This document shows positions 37,870 to 47,878 of a stretch of DNA of 47,878 nucleotides, piece by piece. This stretch comes from a virus (lineage: Duplodnaviria; Caudoviricetes), in IMG/VR virus record IMGVR_UViG_3300020045_003187, positions 1 through 47,878 of that record. One strand, written 5' to 3'. The notes under the pieces were generated by a model. That model was not told where the DNA came from. It saw only the letters and a list, made by a program, of their open reading frames with translations, and did not search any database. The position numbers and the translations under genes were made by a program. Within the stretch, counting starts at the first letter, position 1, and each line of letters begins with the position of its first letter.

Positions 37870-38161
37870 AATTCAAGAAAAGAAAGTAAATGATATTATT
37901 CATACAATAGGTTTAAATAATAATCTTAGAGATTGTGAAGTAAGAGAAATAGTTGAATCACAGTTTAGATTCATGTATGAGGAGATTAGAAAAATGTCAT
38001 TAGATACAATGACAGGTGAAGAAATAGATAATTGTAAAACAAACTTCTTTTTTAAATACTTAGGAAAAGTATATACATCAGGAGAAATAGTAGATAAACA
38101 TAAATATAGATTACAAAAAAGTAAAGAAGAAAGAGATGAAAGAGAACGTAACAGCATATGA
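37862..38161 (+). CDS. HU/IHF-like DNA-binding protein (crAss-type)
   Basis: Helix-helix (EVREIVESQFRFM) then NFFFKYLGKVY, resembling the HU beta start. Confidence 0.55.
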   Translation: MDKIQEKKVNDIIHTIGLNNNLRDCEVREIVESQFRFMYEEIRKMSLDTMTGEEIDNCKTNFFFKYLGKVYTSGEIVDKHKYRLQKSKEERDERERNSI

Positions 38162-38516
38162 TGCTTTAGAGATTAGTAAAGAATGGTTAGAACAACCAAT
38201 GTTTAATAAAGTAATAATTACTTTAAACACAGAGAATGCACTAGATGGATTAGATTTATCTGATAATGCAATGAGTCAGTTTCAATATATTATTGCTAAA
38301 GGTTCAAATGTAATAAGTGTTGAAGTAGGTGATAAAGTTAGACTTAGTTTAGATAAGATGACAAGTAAAAAAGTTAATCCTAATAACTCACACGAAGAAT
38401 TTACAACAATTGAATTAGATCCTATTGAATACGATGGTAAAATATTTGCAATCATTGAAGATAGATTAATTAAAACTAGATTTATAAACTCTAAAGATTT
38501 ACAAACAAACGAATAA
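38136..38516 (+). CDS. GroES-like co-chaperonin
   Basis: PMFNKVII, IIAKG, VEVGDKV, IEYDGKIFAIIEDRLI are colinear with Cpn10. Confidence 0.7.
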   Translation: MKENVTAYDALEISKEWLEQPMFNKVIITLNTENALDGLDLSDNAMSQFQYIIAKGSNVISVEVGDKVRLSLDKMTSKKVNPNNSHEEFTTIELDPIEYDGKIFAIIEDRLIKTRFINSKDLQTNE

Positions 38517-38518
38517 TT

Positions 38519-38737
38519 ATGGAAAATTCATTTTATGACAGACTTCTAATTGAAGCACAAGAATTAGCAATTAAAACAAATGCGTTAAATGATTTTATGC
38601 GTACACAGAATTTTGTTAATTTAGATAGACAAAATAAAGATTTACTTTACACTCAATCAAGATTAATGAATGAGTATTTACAAATTTTAGGACAAAGATT
38701 AGAAATTTTAGGAAATAAATTCTCATTTAAAAATTAA
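38519..38737 (+). CDS. crAss001_48-like small helical protein
   Basis: RL..E..EL..K...L..F...F..L....LL..Q...M..Y..IL..R pattern. Confidence 0.65.
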   Translation: MENSFYDRLLIEAQELAIKTNALNDFMRTQNFVNLDRQNKDLLYTQSRLMNEYLQILGQRLEILGNKFSFKN

Positions 38738-38933
38738 ATTAAATATGGAAAAAGAACAAGCATTAACAATTATTGAACAAGCATTAAATATTGCAATTGG
38801 TAAAAGTATTTTTAAAACAGAAGATTCTGCAACAGTTCTTACAGCTTTTATAAGTATAAAAAATTTATTAAACGAACCTGTACAAGTTAAAGAAGTTGTT
38901 AAAGAAGAAGTTAAAAGTAAATAATTAAACTAT

Positions 38934-38963
38934 AACCCGACCTGAGAAATCTAGTCGGGTTTT
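38934..38963 (+). terminator. intrinsic terminator
   Basis: AACCCGAC..GTCGGGTT followed by TT. Confidence 0.7.
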
Positions 38964-38988
38964 CTAGGTATAAAACAAAATTAAAAAT

Positions 38989-39552
38989 ATGAATGGATTC
39001 TTATTGAAAGATGGTGTTCTAACTGTAGAAGATCAGATATGGGGTTTAGAACCTTTTAAGAAAATACTTAAACGAGATAAAAGTCGTAATAAAGATTTAG
39101 CATTAAAAGAAATGTTATTTATATATTACTACACAGATATTAAATCCGATTACTTAATCATAGATATTAAATTTAGAACTGAAGAAATTATAAAAGATTT
39201 ACAACTTCCTGATAATTGGAAAATAGATTCTATAATGCAAGATGCTATTAATTTCTATGAAGAAAGAAGTTTAACTGTAATTGGTAAATTATATAAGAAT
39301 GCTTTATTAGCTGCAAATGATATATCAGAGTATCTAACTAAGACTAAAGAGCTATTAGAAGAACGTGATGATAGAAATAAACCAGTAACTACATTAACAA
39401 CTATTGTAGGTGGTATTAGTAAAATTAAAGTTGTAATGCAAGATTTGAAAGCTGCTGAAAAAGAATTAATTAAAGAGAAAATAGAAACTGAAGGTAGAAT
39501 GAAAGGTCAACAGGCTATGGGTATTTACGAAGGTGGTTTGAAATTTGAATAA
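38989..39552 (+). CDS. conserved crAss-like protein upstream of TerL (terminase small subunit candidate)
   Basis: RDKSRNK..A.KE..FIY...D..S.Y, helical C-half; function inferred from position. Confidence 0.5.
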   Translation: MNGFLLKDGVLTVEDQIWGLEPFKKILKRDKSRNKDLALKEMLFIYYYTDIKSDYLIIDIKFRTEEIIKDLQLPDNWKIDSIMQDAINFYEERSLTVIGKLYKNALLAANDISEYLTKTKELLEERDDRNKPVTTLTTIVGGISKIKVVMQDLKAAEKELIKEKIETEGRMKGQQAMGIYEGGLKFE

Positions 39553-40115
39553 TGAGAAAAGAAAATAATAAGGTTGTTTATAGACATAGAAGATTAGATA
39601 CTAATAAAATATTTTATATTGGGATGGGTGATTTAAAAAGAGCTTATTCTAAAGATACAGCTAAAAGAAATAAAATATGGAATGATATTGTAAATAAAAC
39701 AATTTATCAAGTAGAAATATTAGCAGATAATCTATCTTGGGAAGATGCTTGTGAATTAGAAGTATTATTAATAGAGCAATATGGTAGAATTAATTTAAAA
39801 ACTGGTACACTAGCTAATTTAACAAATGGTGGTGATGGTTCGAAAGGATGTAGTCCTTCAAAAGAAACTAGAGAAAAAATAGGTAATTTTCATAGAAATA
39901 AATTTGTTTCTAATGAAAGTAAAGAAAAAATGAGAAAAGCTAAAGAAGGTAAATTCTTTTTATCAAATAATCCTAATTCTAAAAAAGTAATTAATATTAT
40001 TACAGGTGAAATATTTGAAACAGCTAAAGAAGCTGCGTTAAGTATTAATAAAATATATGGGTTTTTTACTTGGGCTTGTAAACATACAAAAAATTTTAAT
40101 TTTAGATATTTATAA
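39552..40115 (+). CDS. free-standing GIY-YIG homing endonuclease with NUMOD repeats
   Basis: VVY..FYIG..R; SKETREKI/SNESKEKMRKAK (NUMOD3); TGEIFETAKEAA (NUMOD1). Confidence 0.8.
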   Translation: MRKENNKVVYRHRRLDTNKIFYIGMGDLKRAYSKDTAKRNKIWNDIVNKTIYQVEILADNLSWEDACELEVLLIEQYGRINLKTGTLANLTNGGDGSKGCSPSKETREKIGNFHRNKFVSNESKEKMRKAKEGKFFLSNNPNSKKVINIITGEIFETAKEAALSINKIYGFFTWACKHTKNFNFRYL

Positions 40116-41635
40116 TGGAAGAATTACATTTTGGAAAAGAAGCAAGAGATAAGATTATAGAAGGTATTAATGATTTAAATAAAGCGGTTTCTGCTACTAT
40201 GGGACCAAATGGTGCTACAGTTATTATACCTAATAAAAATAAATATGGAGAATATATTATAACTAAAGATGGAGTATCTGTTGCTGAGCAAATCACATTT
40301 AAAGATCCATTAAAAAATATTGGTGCAAATTTAATTAAACAAGTTGCTAAAAAAACAGCAGATGAAGCTGGGGATGGTACAACAACATCGATAGTATTAG
40401 CTACAGCATTTGTTAATAATCTAAAAGATTTTAAATCTATAGATATTAATAAAGCTTTTGATGAAATTATACCTAAAGTAATTGAACAACTAAAACTTAA
40501 TTCACGAGAATTAAAACATGAGGATATTAAACACGTTGCTAGCATATCTGCTAATAACGATTTACAGATTGGTGAACTTATTCAACAAGCTTATAATCAT
40601 TCTGATATAGTTAAAATTGAAGAAAGTTCTAACATGGAAGATATATTAGATACATTACCAGGAATGTCACTTCCAGTAAGTTACTTCTCTAAACATTTTA
40701 TTACTAATCAAAATAAAGGTACGTGTGAATTTACAAATGTTAATACTCTAATTATTGATGGTAAGTTAGAAAAACTAGAAAACTTTAGATCTATACTAGA
40801 ATTAACTCAACAACCTAATAATTCATTATTAATAATTGTTGAAGATATTCACGAACAAGCTCTTAGAAAGCTTGAAACTTTAGTTCTATCACAATCATTA
40901 CCTATATGTGTTATTAAGTCACCAGGCTTCTCTAAACACCGTAAAGACTTATTACAAGACTTATGTGACTTTACTGGAAGTACATTAATTACAGATATAT
41001 CTAAATCTTGTAATACAAATGTTCTTGGTAAATTACAATCTTGTAAAATATCTAAAAACAATAGTATATTAGTTAAAGATGAATCTATCGATGTTTCTGA
41101 TAAATTAGAAAATTTAATTGAATTGTCTAAGAATATAGAATTAGCTGAATACGATAAAGATTTACTTAAACAAAGAATAGAATATCTTAAAGGTAAAATA
41201 TCTATTATTAAAGTTGGTGGTAAATCAGAACTAGAAATGAAAGAACGATTTGATAGATATGATGATGCGGTTAAAGCTGTGGCTTGTGCATTAGAAGAAG
41301 GAATTGTTGAAGGTGGTGGTCGTGCATTATCAAATATACATAATTCTGCAGGATATAAAACACATTATATTAATGATGATAAAAGAATTACAAGTAATAT
41401 ATTAAGTAATTCAATACCAGAAGTTAAAGATTTAATATATATTTCTTTATTATCACCATATGAAACCATAAGAAATAATGGATATTTAAATTTTTTGTCA
41501 AATTCAATGTTTGAACAAAATATTATAGATCCATTAAAAGTAACTAGATGTGCATTAGAAAATGCAATATCAGTTGCTAAAGTTATACTCAGTACTGAAG
41601 CTGTTGTATTAAATTCTGAAGAATGGATGAAATAA
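40115..41635 (+). CDS. groEL: GroEL-like chaperonin
   Basis: TMGPNG, ITKDGVSVA, AGDGTTT, ISANND, KSPGF, EEGIVEGGG, IIDPLKVTR. Confidence 0.95.
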   Translation: MEELHFGKEARDKIIEGINDLNKAVSATMGPNGATVIIPNKNKYGEYIITKDGVSVAEQITFKDPLKNIGANLIKQVAKKTADEAGDGTTTSIVLATAFVNNLKDFKSIDINKAFDEIIPKVIEQLKLNSRELKHEDIKHVASISANNDLQIGELIQQAYNHSDIVKIEESSNMEDILDTLPGMSLPVSYFSKHFITNQNKGTCEFTNVNTLIIDGKLEKLENFRSILELTQQPNNSLLIIVEDIHEQALRKLETLVLSQSLPICVIKSPGFSKHRKDLLQDLCDFTGSTLITDISKSCNTNVLGKLQSCKISKNNSILVKDESIDVSDKLENLIELSKNIELAEYDKDLLKQRIEYLKGKISIIKVGGKSELEMKERFDRYDDAVKAVACALEEGIVEGGGRALSNIHNSAGYKTHYINDDKRITSNILSNSIPEVKDLIYISLLSPYETIRNNGYLNFLSNSMFEQNIIDPLKVTRCALENAISVAKVILSTEAVVLNSEEWMK

Positions 41636-43893
41636 AATCTCTTTATAAAATGAATAAATCCCAAACTGTACTAACTGAAGAAGTTAAAAATAAACTTCCA
41701 AGGGAAGTATGGTTAGAATTAATAGATATTATAAGTTCAATTACTTTTATTAAAAATTTAATTAATACAGAAGATATTAGAGGTTATGCAAAAAATAAAC
41801 CTAAGTCTAAAGATTATGAAGATGGTAGAATAGAAGTTGATTTAACTAATCCTCATATATTAGAGGATATGGATTTCTTTAGAGAGAAAGCTTTGTTCTT
41901 TGAAAAACACGGTAAATATACACATCTTACACCTAATCCAAATCCTAAGTCTGAATATGGAATGTTTTGGAAACAAGAATTATACAGATGGAAACACGGT
42001 TTAGTTAGAGAATCAGACGGTGAATGGATTCCTGGAGAGTTATATTTCTATTGGAACTATTCACCAATTTGGTTAGTAGAACAAGCGGGTACACAATCTG
42101 ATGGTACTAAATCACAAGGGGAACGTGTTCGTAAATTTGCTAAACCTTGGTTAGGAGATTACCTATTTCACCACTATGTTGAACAATGTAAACGTAGAGG
42201 TAAACACGGTAAGATGTTAAAATGTAGAGGCGTTGGGGCATCATTTAAAGCAGCATCTTGGAGTCCCCGTAATATATATGTTTATCCAGGTTCTGGTAAT
42301 CCTAACTTTCACTTAGCTTCTGACAAAGGTTTCTTATCTGGAGATAAGGGTATCTGGGGTAAGATTGTAGATTGTTTAGACTGGATTGCAGAAACAACTC
42401 CTCTCGAAAGAATGAGAGTTGTAGATAGAGCAGGTAGTACATTGGAAATACAATTAGGATTTAAAGATGAATATGGTGTACGTAAAGGTAATTTAGCTTC
42501 TGTACATGGTATATCATTAAAAGATAATCCTGATAAAGCTAGGGGTATTCGTGGACCTTTAATTCATTATGAAGAAGATGGTCTTTTTAATAACTTAGAA
42601 AAAGCTTGGAACGTTAATAGAAAAGCTGTTGAAGATGGTAATACCACATTTGGGTTTATGATTGCAATGGGTACAGGGGGAGTTGAAGGTGGTTCTTTTG
42701 AAGGTTCTGAAAAACTATTCTATAGTCCTGGAGCATATAATGTTTATGGTATTCCAAATGTATTTGATAAAAATGCAAATGGTGATACATTATGTGGATT
42801 CTTTTGGGGAGCATATATGAATCGTAAAAATTGTTACAATGAACAAATAGGTGAACCTGACGTTATTAAAGCTTTAATTGAAATATTATTAGATAGACAT
42901 TTAGTTAAATATAGTTCTACAGATCCATCTGCAATTACTCAAAAAAAAGCTGAGGAATGTATTACTCCACAAGATGCAATCATGCGTACTGAGGGAACTG
43001 TATTTCCAGTATCAGATCTTAAGGATTATTTAGAATCTATAATGGTTAGAAAAGAATCTTTCTTAGCCGAACATTATGTTGGAGAATTAGTTAGAACTAG
43101 TGATGGTAAACTTAAATGGAGATTAAATAATGATAAATTTCCATTACGAAGTTATGATAAAGATAATGCTAATCGTGAAGGGTGTTTAGAAATATTTGAA
43201 ATGCCTTCAGAAAATGCAAATGGTGAAATAACCCACGGTAGATATATAGCTGGAATTGACCCTATTGATGCTGATTCAGGAACTTCATTATTTTCAATTC
43301 AAGTAATGGATTTATTTACAGATAGAATTGTAGCAGAGTTTTCAGGAAGACCTAGGTTAGCTGAAGAAGCTTATGAAATATCATTAAGACTATTAGAATT
43401 CTATAATGCAGTAGCTAATTATGAAAAAAACTTAAAAGGTTTATTTAGTTACTTTGATAAAAAGAATGCTTTGTTTAGATTATGTGACACACCTCAAATT
43501 CTTAAAGATATGCAAATGACTAAGGATATGGGATATGGTAATACTTCTAAAGGAACAATGGCAAATCTTGAAGTAAATAAATGGGGTAGAAAATTACAAG
43601 CTGATTGGATGAATACTTCTTTAGAAGATGAAGAAAATCCTGGTAAATTAAAACTACATACATTAAGAGGTTTAGCATATATTGAAGAATGTATTAAATG
43701 GAATTCAGATGGTAACTTTGATAGAGTATCTGCAGCAGGTATGTTATTTATACTTCGAGAAGATCGATACAAACGAACACAATCTGCAATAGCTAATAAA
43801 GATAAACAGATTGATACTTTAGCAAATGATAATTTTTTTAATAAGAATTTTAATAAACCAAACGCTATGAACGGAAAACAAATACACTACTAA
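41623..43893 (+). CDS. terL: terminase large subunit
   Basis: LKCRGVGAS (Walker A), HYEEDG (Walker B), GTGG, GIDPID (nuclease), NFDRVSA. Confidence 0.9.
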   Translation: MDEIKSLYKMNKSQTVLTEEVKNKLPREVWLELIDIISSITFIKNLINTEDIRGYAKNKPKSKDYEDGRIEVDLTNPHILEDMDFFREKALFFEKHGKYTHLTPNPNPKSEYGMFWKQELYRWKHGLVRESDGEWIPGELYFYWNYSPIWLVEQAGTQSDGTKSQGERVRKFAKPWLGDYLFHHYVEQCKRRGKHGKMLKCRGVGASFKAASWSPRNIYVYPGSGNPNFHLASDKGFLSGDKGIWGKIVDCLDWIAETTPLERMRVVDRAGSTLEIQLGFKDEYGVRKGNLASVHGISLKDNPDKARGIRGPLIHYEEDGLFNNLEKAWNVNRKAVEDGNTTFGFMIAMGTGGVEGGSFEGSEKLFYSPGAYNVYGIPNVFDKNANGDTLCGFFWGAYMNRKNCYNEQIGEPDVIKALIEILLDRHLVKYSSTDPSAITQKKAEECITPQDAIMRTEGTVFPVSDLKDYLESIMVRKESFLAEHYVGELVRTSDGKLKWRLNNDKFPLRSYDKDNANREGCLEIFEMPSENANGEITHGRYIAGIDPIDADSGTSLFSIQVMDLFTDRIVAEFSGRPRLAEEAYEISLRLLEFYNAVANYEKNLKGLFSYFDKKNALFRLCDTPQILKDMQMTKDMGYGNTSKGTMANLEVNKWGRKLQADWMNTSLEDEENPGKLKLHTLRGLAYIEECIKWNSDGNFDRVSAAGMLFILREDRYKRTQSAIANKDKQIDTLANDNFFNKNFNKPNAMNGKQIHY

Positions 43894-43908
43894 TATATGA
43901 TAAATAAT

Positions 43909-43939
43909 TTTGAATTAAAGTTAAAATGTCGTATATTGT
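43909..43939 (+). promoter_or_regulatory. promoter for portal (imperfect -7)
   Basis: TTTG-N19-TATATTGT. Confidence 0.55.
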
Positions 43940-43961
43940 AAAGTTAAATAAATTTAAATAA

Positions 43962-46358
43962 ATGGAAGGACGTAATTTAAGAATACAACAACCAAGACAA
44001 CGATTACCATATAATAAAAAAGATAAAGATTGGAGAAAAGATAATATCAATTTTTCAGATAAATATTCATTTTATCATGATGATGGTGTAAGACGTACAT
44101 TTAAAAATAAAATTATTAATTATAATCTTTATAATGGTATTTTAGATATGCAAGATTTAACAGAAGTTGTTAATCCTCATCATTTAGAAGCTAGTTATGT
44201 ACCACAACAAATACCTCACATTCCAATTATTGTTCCTAAAATTGATTTATTAGTAGGTGAAGAAATTAAACGTAGATTTGATTGGTCTGTTATTGTAACT
44301 AATCCCGATGCAATTACTAAAAAAGAAGATGATAAGAAAAAATTCTTATTTGAAAAACTTAGTAAAATGTTAGAAGAAAATTATCAAGAAGATGAATTAA
44401 AACAAAAAATGGATGACTTAGGTAAGTATATGAAATATACTTGGCAAGACCTTCGTGAAAAGATGGCTAATCAAATTCTTAGACATTATTGGCAAGAATT
44501 AAAGTTTTCTGAAAAATTTACAGATGGATTTAAAGATGCATTACTTGTAGCAGAAGAAATATATCTAATTGATATATCTCATGGTGAACCTACTTTTGAT
44601 AAATTAAACCCATTAAAAATACATGCTATTAGAACAGGTAATTCTAATAGATTTGAAGATGCTGATATAATTATAATGGAAGATCATAAATCACCTAATC
44701 AATTAGTGGATGAATATTATGATGAACTTAAACCTGAAGAAATTGATTATTTATTAGAATATTCTACAAGATCTGGTAAAGGTACATATTCTGAAGATTA
44801 TGACAATCATACATTATTTAGAGATAGAACCGATTCCGCAGGTTTATTTGAAAGTATATCACAAATGGCTGAATTAAATGGTCATCATTTTAATAATAAT
44901 TATACTGATGAAAATGGTAATATTAGAGAATTAAAAGTTAGATGGAAATCATTACGTAAAATTAAAAAGATTAAATTTTATGATGAATATGGTGATGAAC
45001 AATTTAGATTTGAATCTGAAGAATATAAAGTAGATAAAAATTTAGGTGAAGAATCTACTGACTTTTGGGTATCTGAAGGTTGGGAAGGTGTTAAATTAGG
45101 TAAAGATATTTATCTTAAAATGCGACCTTTACAAGTTCAGTACATAAAAGCCAATAATCCTTCTAAAGGTCATTTAGGTATAATTGGTCAAATATACAAT
45201 ACGAATCAAGGTAAAGCTATTTCTTTAGTAGATAGAGCTAAAAACTTTCAGTACATGTATGATGTAATGTTTGATAGATTAAATAAAGCTATATCTACAA
45301 ACTATGGTAAAATATTAGAACTTGATTTAGCTAAAGTACCAGCTAATTGGGAAATTGAAAAATGGATGCACTTTGCAGTAGTAAATAAGATTGCTGTAGT
45401 AGATTCATTCAAAGAAGGTCAACACGGTCAATCTACAGGTAAACTTGCAGGTAATATGAATACTGTAGGTGGTAGAGCTATTGATATGGAAACAGGTGCT
45501 TATATACAACAACACATTCAATTACTTGAATTCATTAAAATGGAAATGGGTGAATTATGTGGTGTATCAAGACAACGTGAAGGTCAAATTTCTAATAGAG
45601 AAACTGTTGGTGGTGTTGAACGTTCTGTAAATCAATCAAGTCATATTACTGAATATTGGTATATGCAACACGAAGCCGTTAAGATTAGAGTATTAGAAGC
45701 GTTTTTAGAAACAGCTAAAATTGCATTAAAAGATGTTGAGAATAAAAAAGTACAATATATATTAGATGATCAAACTATTGAAATTCTTAATATGGAAGGT
45801 GAAACTTTTGCTGAATCTGATTATGGTTTACTAGTATCTAATACTCCTAAAATAATTGAACTTGAACAAGCTATTAAACAATATTCTCAAGCATTTATTC
45901 AAAACGGTGGTTCAATGACTACAATTATGGATATTTACTTTAGTCCATCATTAATGGACATGAGACGTAAATTAGAACTTGCTGAAGAACAAATGCAACA
46001 AAATCAATCTCAACAAGCACAAGAAGCTAATAAAACTCAACAAGAAGCTAATGCTGCAACTATGGAGTTAGAAAATAAAAAACTTCAACTTGAAGATTTA
46101 AAAAATCAAAGAGATAATGAAACTAAACGTTACATTGCAGAACTAGGAAATGATAATGACAAAGATGGTGTAATTGATGATGGTATTGGAGATCCTTTAG
46201 AACAAGAAAAATTTCAATTTGATATAAATAAAGCTAGAGCTGATTATAATCTTAAATTAAAAGCATTAGATAATGATATGTCTAAACATGTTGATAATGT
46301 AGAATTGAAAAAAGAATCTAATCAAATTTCTAGAATTAAGAAAAAAACAACCGCATAA
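43962..46358 (+). CDS. portal protein (crAss-type)
   Basis: PRQRLP..KK..W, NYNLYNG, LVGEE, GVSRQREGQI..ETVGGVERS; between TerL and MCP. Confidence 0.9.
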   Translation: MEGRNLRIQQPRQRLPYNKKDKDWRKDNINFSDKYSFYHDDGVRRTFKNKIINYNLYNGILDMQDLTEVVNPHHLEASYVPQQIPHIPIIVPKIDLLVGEEIKRRFDWSVIVTNPDAITKKEDDKKKFLFEKLSKMLEENYQEDELKQKMDDLGKYMKYTWQDLREKMANQILRHYWQELKFSEKFTDGFKDALLVAEEIYLIDISHGEPTFDKLNPLKIHAIRTGNSNRFEDADIIIMEDHKSPNQLVDEYYDELKPEEIDYLLEYSTRSGKGTYSEDYDNHTLFRDRTDSAGLFESISQMAELNGHHFNNNYTDENGNIRELKVRWKSLRKIKKIKFYDEYGDEQFRFESEEYKVDKNLGEESTDFWVSEGWEGVKLGKDIYLKMRPLQVQYIKANNPSKGHLGIIGQIYNTNQGKAISLVDRAKNFQYMYDVMFDRLNKAISTNYGKILELDLAKVPANWEIEKWMHFAVVNKIAVVDSFKEGQHGQSTGKLAGNMNTVGGRAIDMETGAYIQQHIQLLEFIKMEMGELCGVSRQREGQISNRETVGGVERSVNQSSHITEYWYMQHEAVKIRVLEAFLETAKIALKDVENKKVQYILDDQTIEILNMEGETFAESDYGLLVSNTPKIIELEQAIKQYSQAFIQNGGSMTTIMDIYFSPSLMDMRRKLELAEEQMQQNQSQQAQEANKTQQEANAATMELENKKLQLEDLKNQRDNETKRYIAELGNDNDKDGVIDDGIGDPLEQEKFQFDINKARADYNLKLKALDNDMSKHVDNVELKKESNQISRIKKKTTA

Positions 46359-46403
46359 ACGCTATGGACGAAATTTAATCAACTAAGAATTTTATGATTT
46401 TTA

Positions 46404-46435
46404 GTTGGATTTTGTCATACAATAGCTTATCTTTG
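46404..46435 (+). promoter_or_regulatory. Bacteroidota promoter
   Basis: GTTG-N20-TATCTTTG; overlaps a hairpin at about 46377-46411. Confidence 0.75.
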
Positions 46436-46473
46436 CAAACTTAGAATAAAACATAACAATAATAAATAATCGA

Positions 46474-47556
46474 ATGGAAGACGATAATGAATTAGGTATG
46501 GGTTTATTTGAAGGAAATCAAGAATTAAATTTTAATTTTGCAATTCCTGAAGATAACAATACCGATGAAGAAGAAAATGATAATACTACAGATGTAGAAG
46601 ATACTACATTAGAAAATAATAACCACGTTGAGGACGAGAGTTCAGAGGAAGTAAACGAGGAAGATGTTGAAGATGAAGGTGGTGAAGGCAGCGAGTCTTC
46701 TTCCAACTTATATTCTTCTTTAGCTGCCTTTGTTCACGAACAAGGTTTACTACCTTCTCTAGACATCGATTTAAAAGAAATTAAATCTGCTGATGATTTT
46801 GCAAAAGTTTTTAATAAAGAACTTGACACTCAGACTGAATTAAGAGTTAATAATTATTTAGCAAATTTAGATTTAGAAAAAATTGGATATGCTAAAAAAG
46901 AAATTGCTGATTTAAATTCCCTAAATATTGATTTATTAAAAAATGATATTGATTTAGCTAAACGTATAATTTATGACGATTATATTAATCAAGGTCTAGA
47001 TGAAAAAAAAATCACTAGAATGATGAATCGTTTAATTGATTTAGGGGAAGATGCTATTTTAGAAGAAGCTGAAGAATCATTACCAAGTCTTAAAGAATTT
47101 AAAAATCGTTTAATTGAAAAAGAAACTAATTCTTATAAAGAAAGATTAGAAACTGAAAAAATTGAACAAGCGAAATTAGATGAACAAATGAAAAAAACCA
47201 TCTATGAATCTAAAGACTTAATATCAGGATTAAAACCTAATAAATCATTACAAGATAAAGTTTATAAATCAATTAATGATATTGTTGGTAAATCTCCAGA
47301 TGGAACATTTGAAAATAAATTTATGAGGGAACGAAGAGAAAACCCATTAGAATTTGAAATTAGAATGTATCACTTTTATGAACTTACAAATGGTTTTAAA
47401 GATTTAAGTAAAATTTCAACAAACGCTAAATCAAGTGCTGTAAAAGATTTAGAACAAATTGCACGTAAAACAAAATTAAAAGATAACGGTACACCATTGT
47501 GGGCACAAGATGAAAATACATATAGTAATTTCTCAGGTCATGTACTAAACATATAA
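46474..47556 (+). CDS. probable capsid scaffolding protein
   Basis: Very acidic N-terminus, coiled coil, located between portal and MCP. Confidence 0.65.
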   Translation: MEDDNELGMGLFEGNQELNFNFAIPEDNNTDEEENDNTTDVEDTTLENNNHVEDESSEEVNEEDVEDEGGEGSESSSNLYSSLAAFVHEQGLLPSLDIDLKEIKSADDFAKVFNKELDTQTELRVNNYLANLDLEKIGYAKKEIADLNSLNIDLLKNDIDLAKRIIYDDYINQGLDEKKITRMMNRLIDLGEDAILEEAEESLPSLKEFKNRLIEKETNSYKERLETEKIEQAKLDEQMKKTIYESKDLISGLKPNKSLQDKVYKSINDIVGKSPDGTFENKFMRERRENPLEFEIRMYHFYELTNGFKDLSKISTNAKSSAVKDLEQIARKTKLKDNGTPLWAQDENTYSNFSGHVLNI

Positions 47557-47628
47557 TACAACGGATATTTAAAAGTTACGTTAAATATCTGCAATTAACA
47601 AGTAACTATAAAAAACAAATAAATAAAT

Positions 47629-47878
47629 ATGAGTGCAGGTAAATTTATCATGACCAAATCACAAGCTTGGTCTGGGCTTACTTTAAAAAATCACATCTCT
47701 CAATTGTTTGGTTCTCAACCACAATTGATTTCCCCTTTGACAACTGTATTGTTGCAAAATTCAGGAATGAAAAATTTGGATACAACCTTATCGTTATTCC
47801 CTGAAAAAATTATTGCTACTGCAGATGATTTTGTATGGAAAGTTGTTGGTTCAGATGAACGTAACATTGCGTTAGTTG
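47629..47878 (+). CDS. major capsid protein (crAss-type), 5' part
   Basis: Not in track. MSAGKF..WSGLTLKNHISQLF..PQ..LDTTLSLFP..DDFVWKVVGSDERNIALV matches the crAssphage MCP N-terminus as I recall it. Confidence 0.88.
   Translation, partial: MSAGKFIMTKSQAWSGLTLKNHISQLFGSQPQLISPLTTVLLQNSGMKNLDTTLSLFPEKIIATADDFVWKVVGSDERNIALV

Noticed and set aside
39552-40115. Group I intron around the GIY-YIG gene
   Set aside because: The ORF overlaps both neighbours at stop/start codons, leaving no room for an intron core.
5027-46706. Opposite-strand ORFs in the track (5027, 8948, 11221, 17459, 18624, 30431, 32571, 34544, 37283, 37900, 40102, 40849, 41365, 43494, 43865, 46518)
   Set aside because: They are antisense shadows of well-supported genes or small ORFs and have no motifs.
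1-47878. Stop-codon reassignment as seen in some crAss-like phages
   Set aside because: PolB, TerL, portal and other genes are full length in the standard code, and no suppressor tRNA was seen.

Overview
This is a very AT-rich fragment of a crAss-like (Crassvirales) phage genome. The TAnnTTTG promoters point to a Bacteroidota host, probably a flavobacterium, and the standard genetic code fits throughout. Bases 1-32.8 kb are a minus-strand block. It encodes a PD-(D/E)XK nuclease, a RusA-like resolvase, a degenerate UNG, an 8-enzyme glutamyl/amide-ligase cluster, primase, AAA ATPase, DnaB-like helicase, PolB and many small ORFs. It also carries an RNA-rich island (about 25.5-32.4 kb) with tRNA-Glu, a tmRNA whose tag frame is unusually long (36 codons), and about 10 stem-closed non-coding modules, four of them tandem with a repeated linker. 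Bases 33-47.9 kb are a plus-strand block with host-type promoters. It holds a putative sRNA plus EndoVII nuclease bracketed by 42-bp direct repeats, HU/IHF-like and GroES-like genes, a GIY-YIG endonuclease, GroEL, TerL, portal, a probable scaffold and the start of the major capsid protein. All calls come from motif recognition and by-eye base pairing; no searches or folding programs were run.
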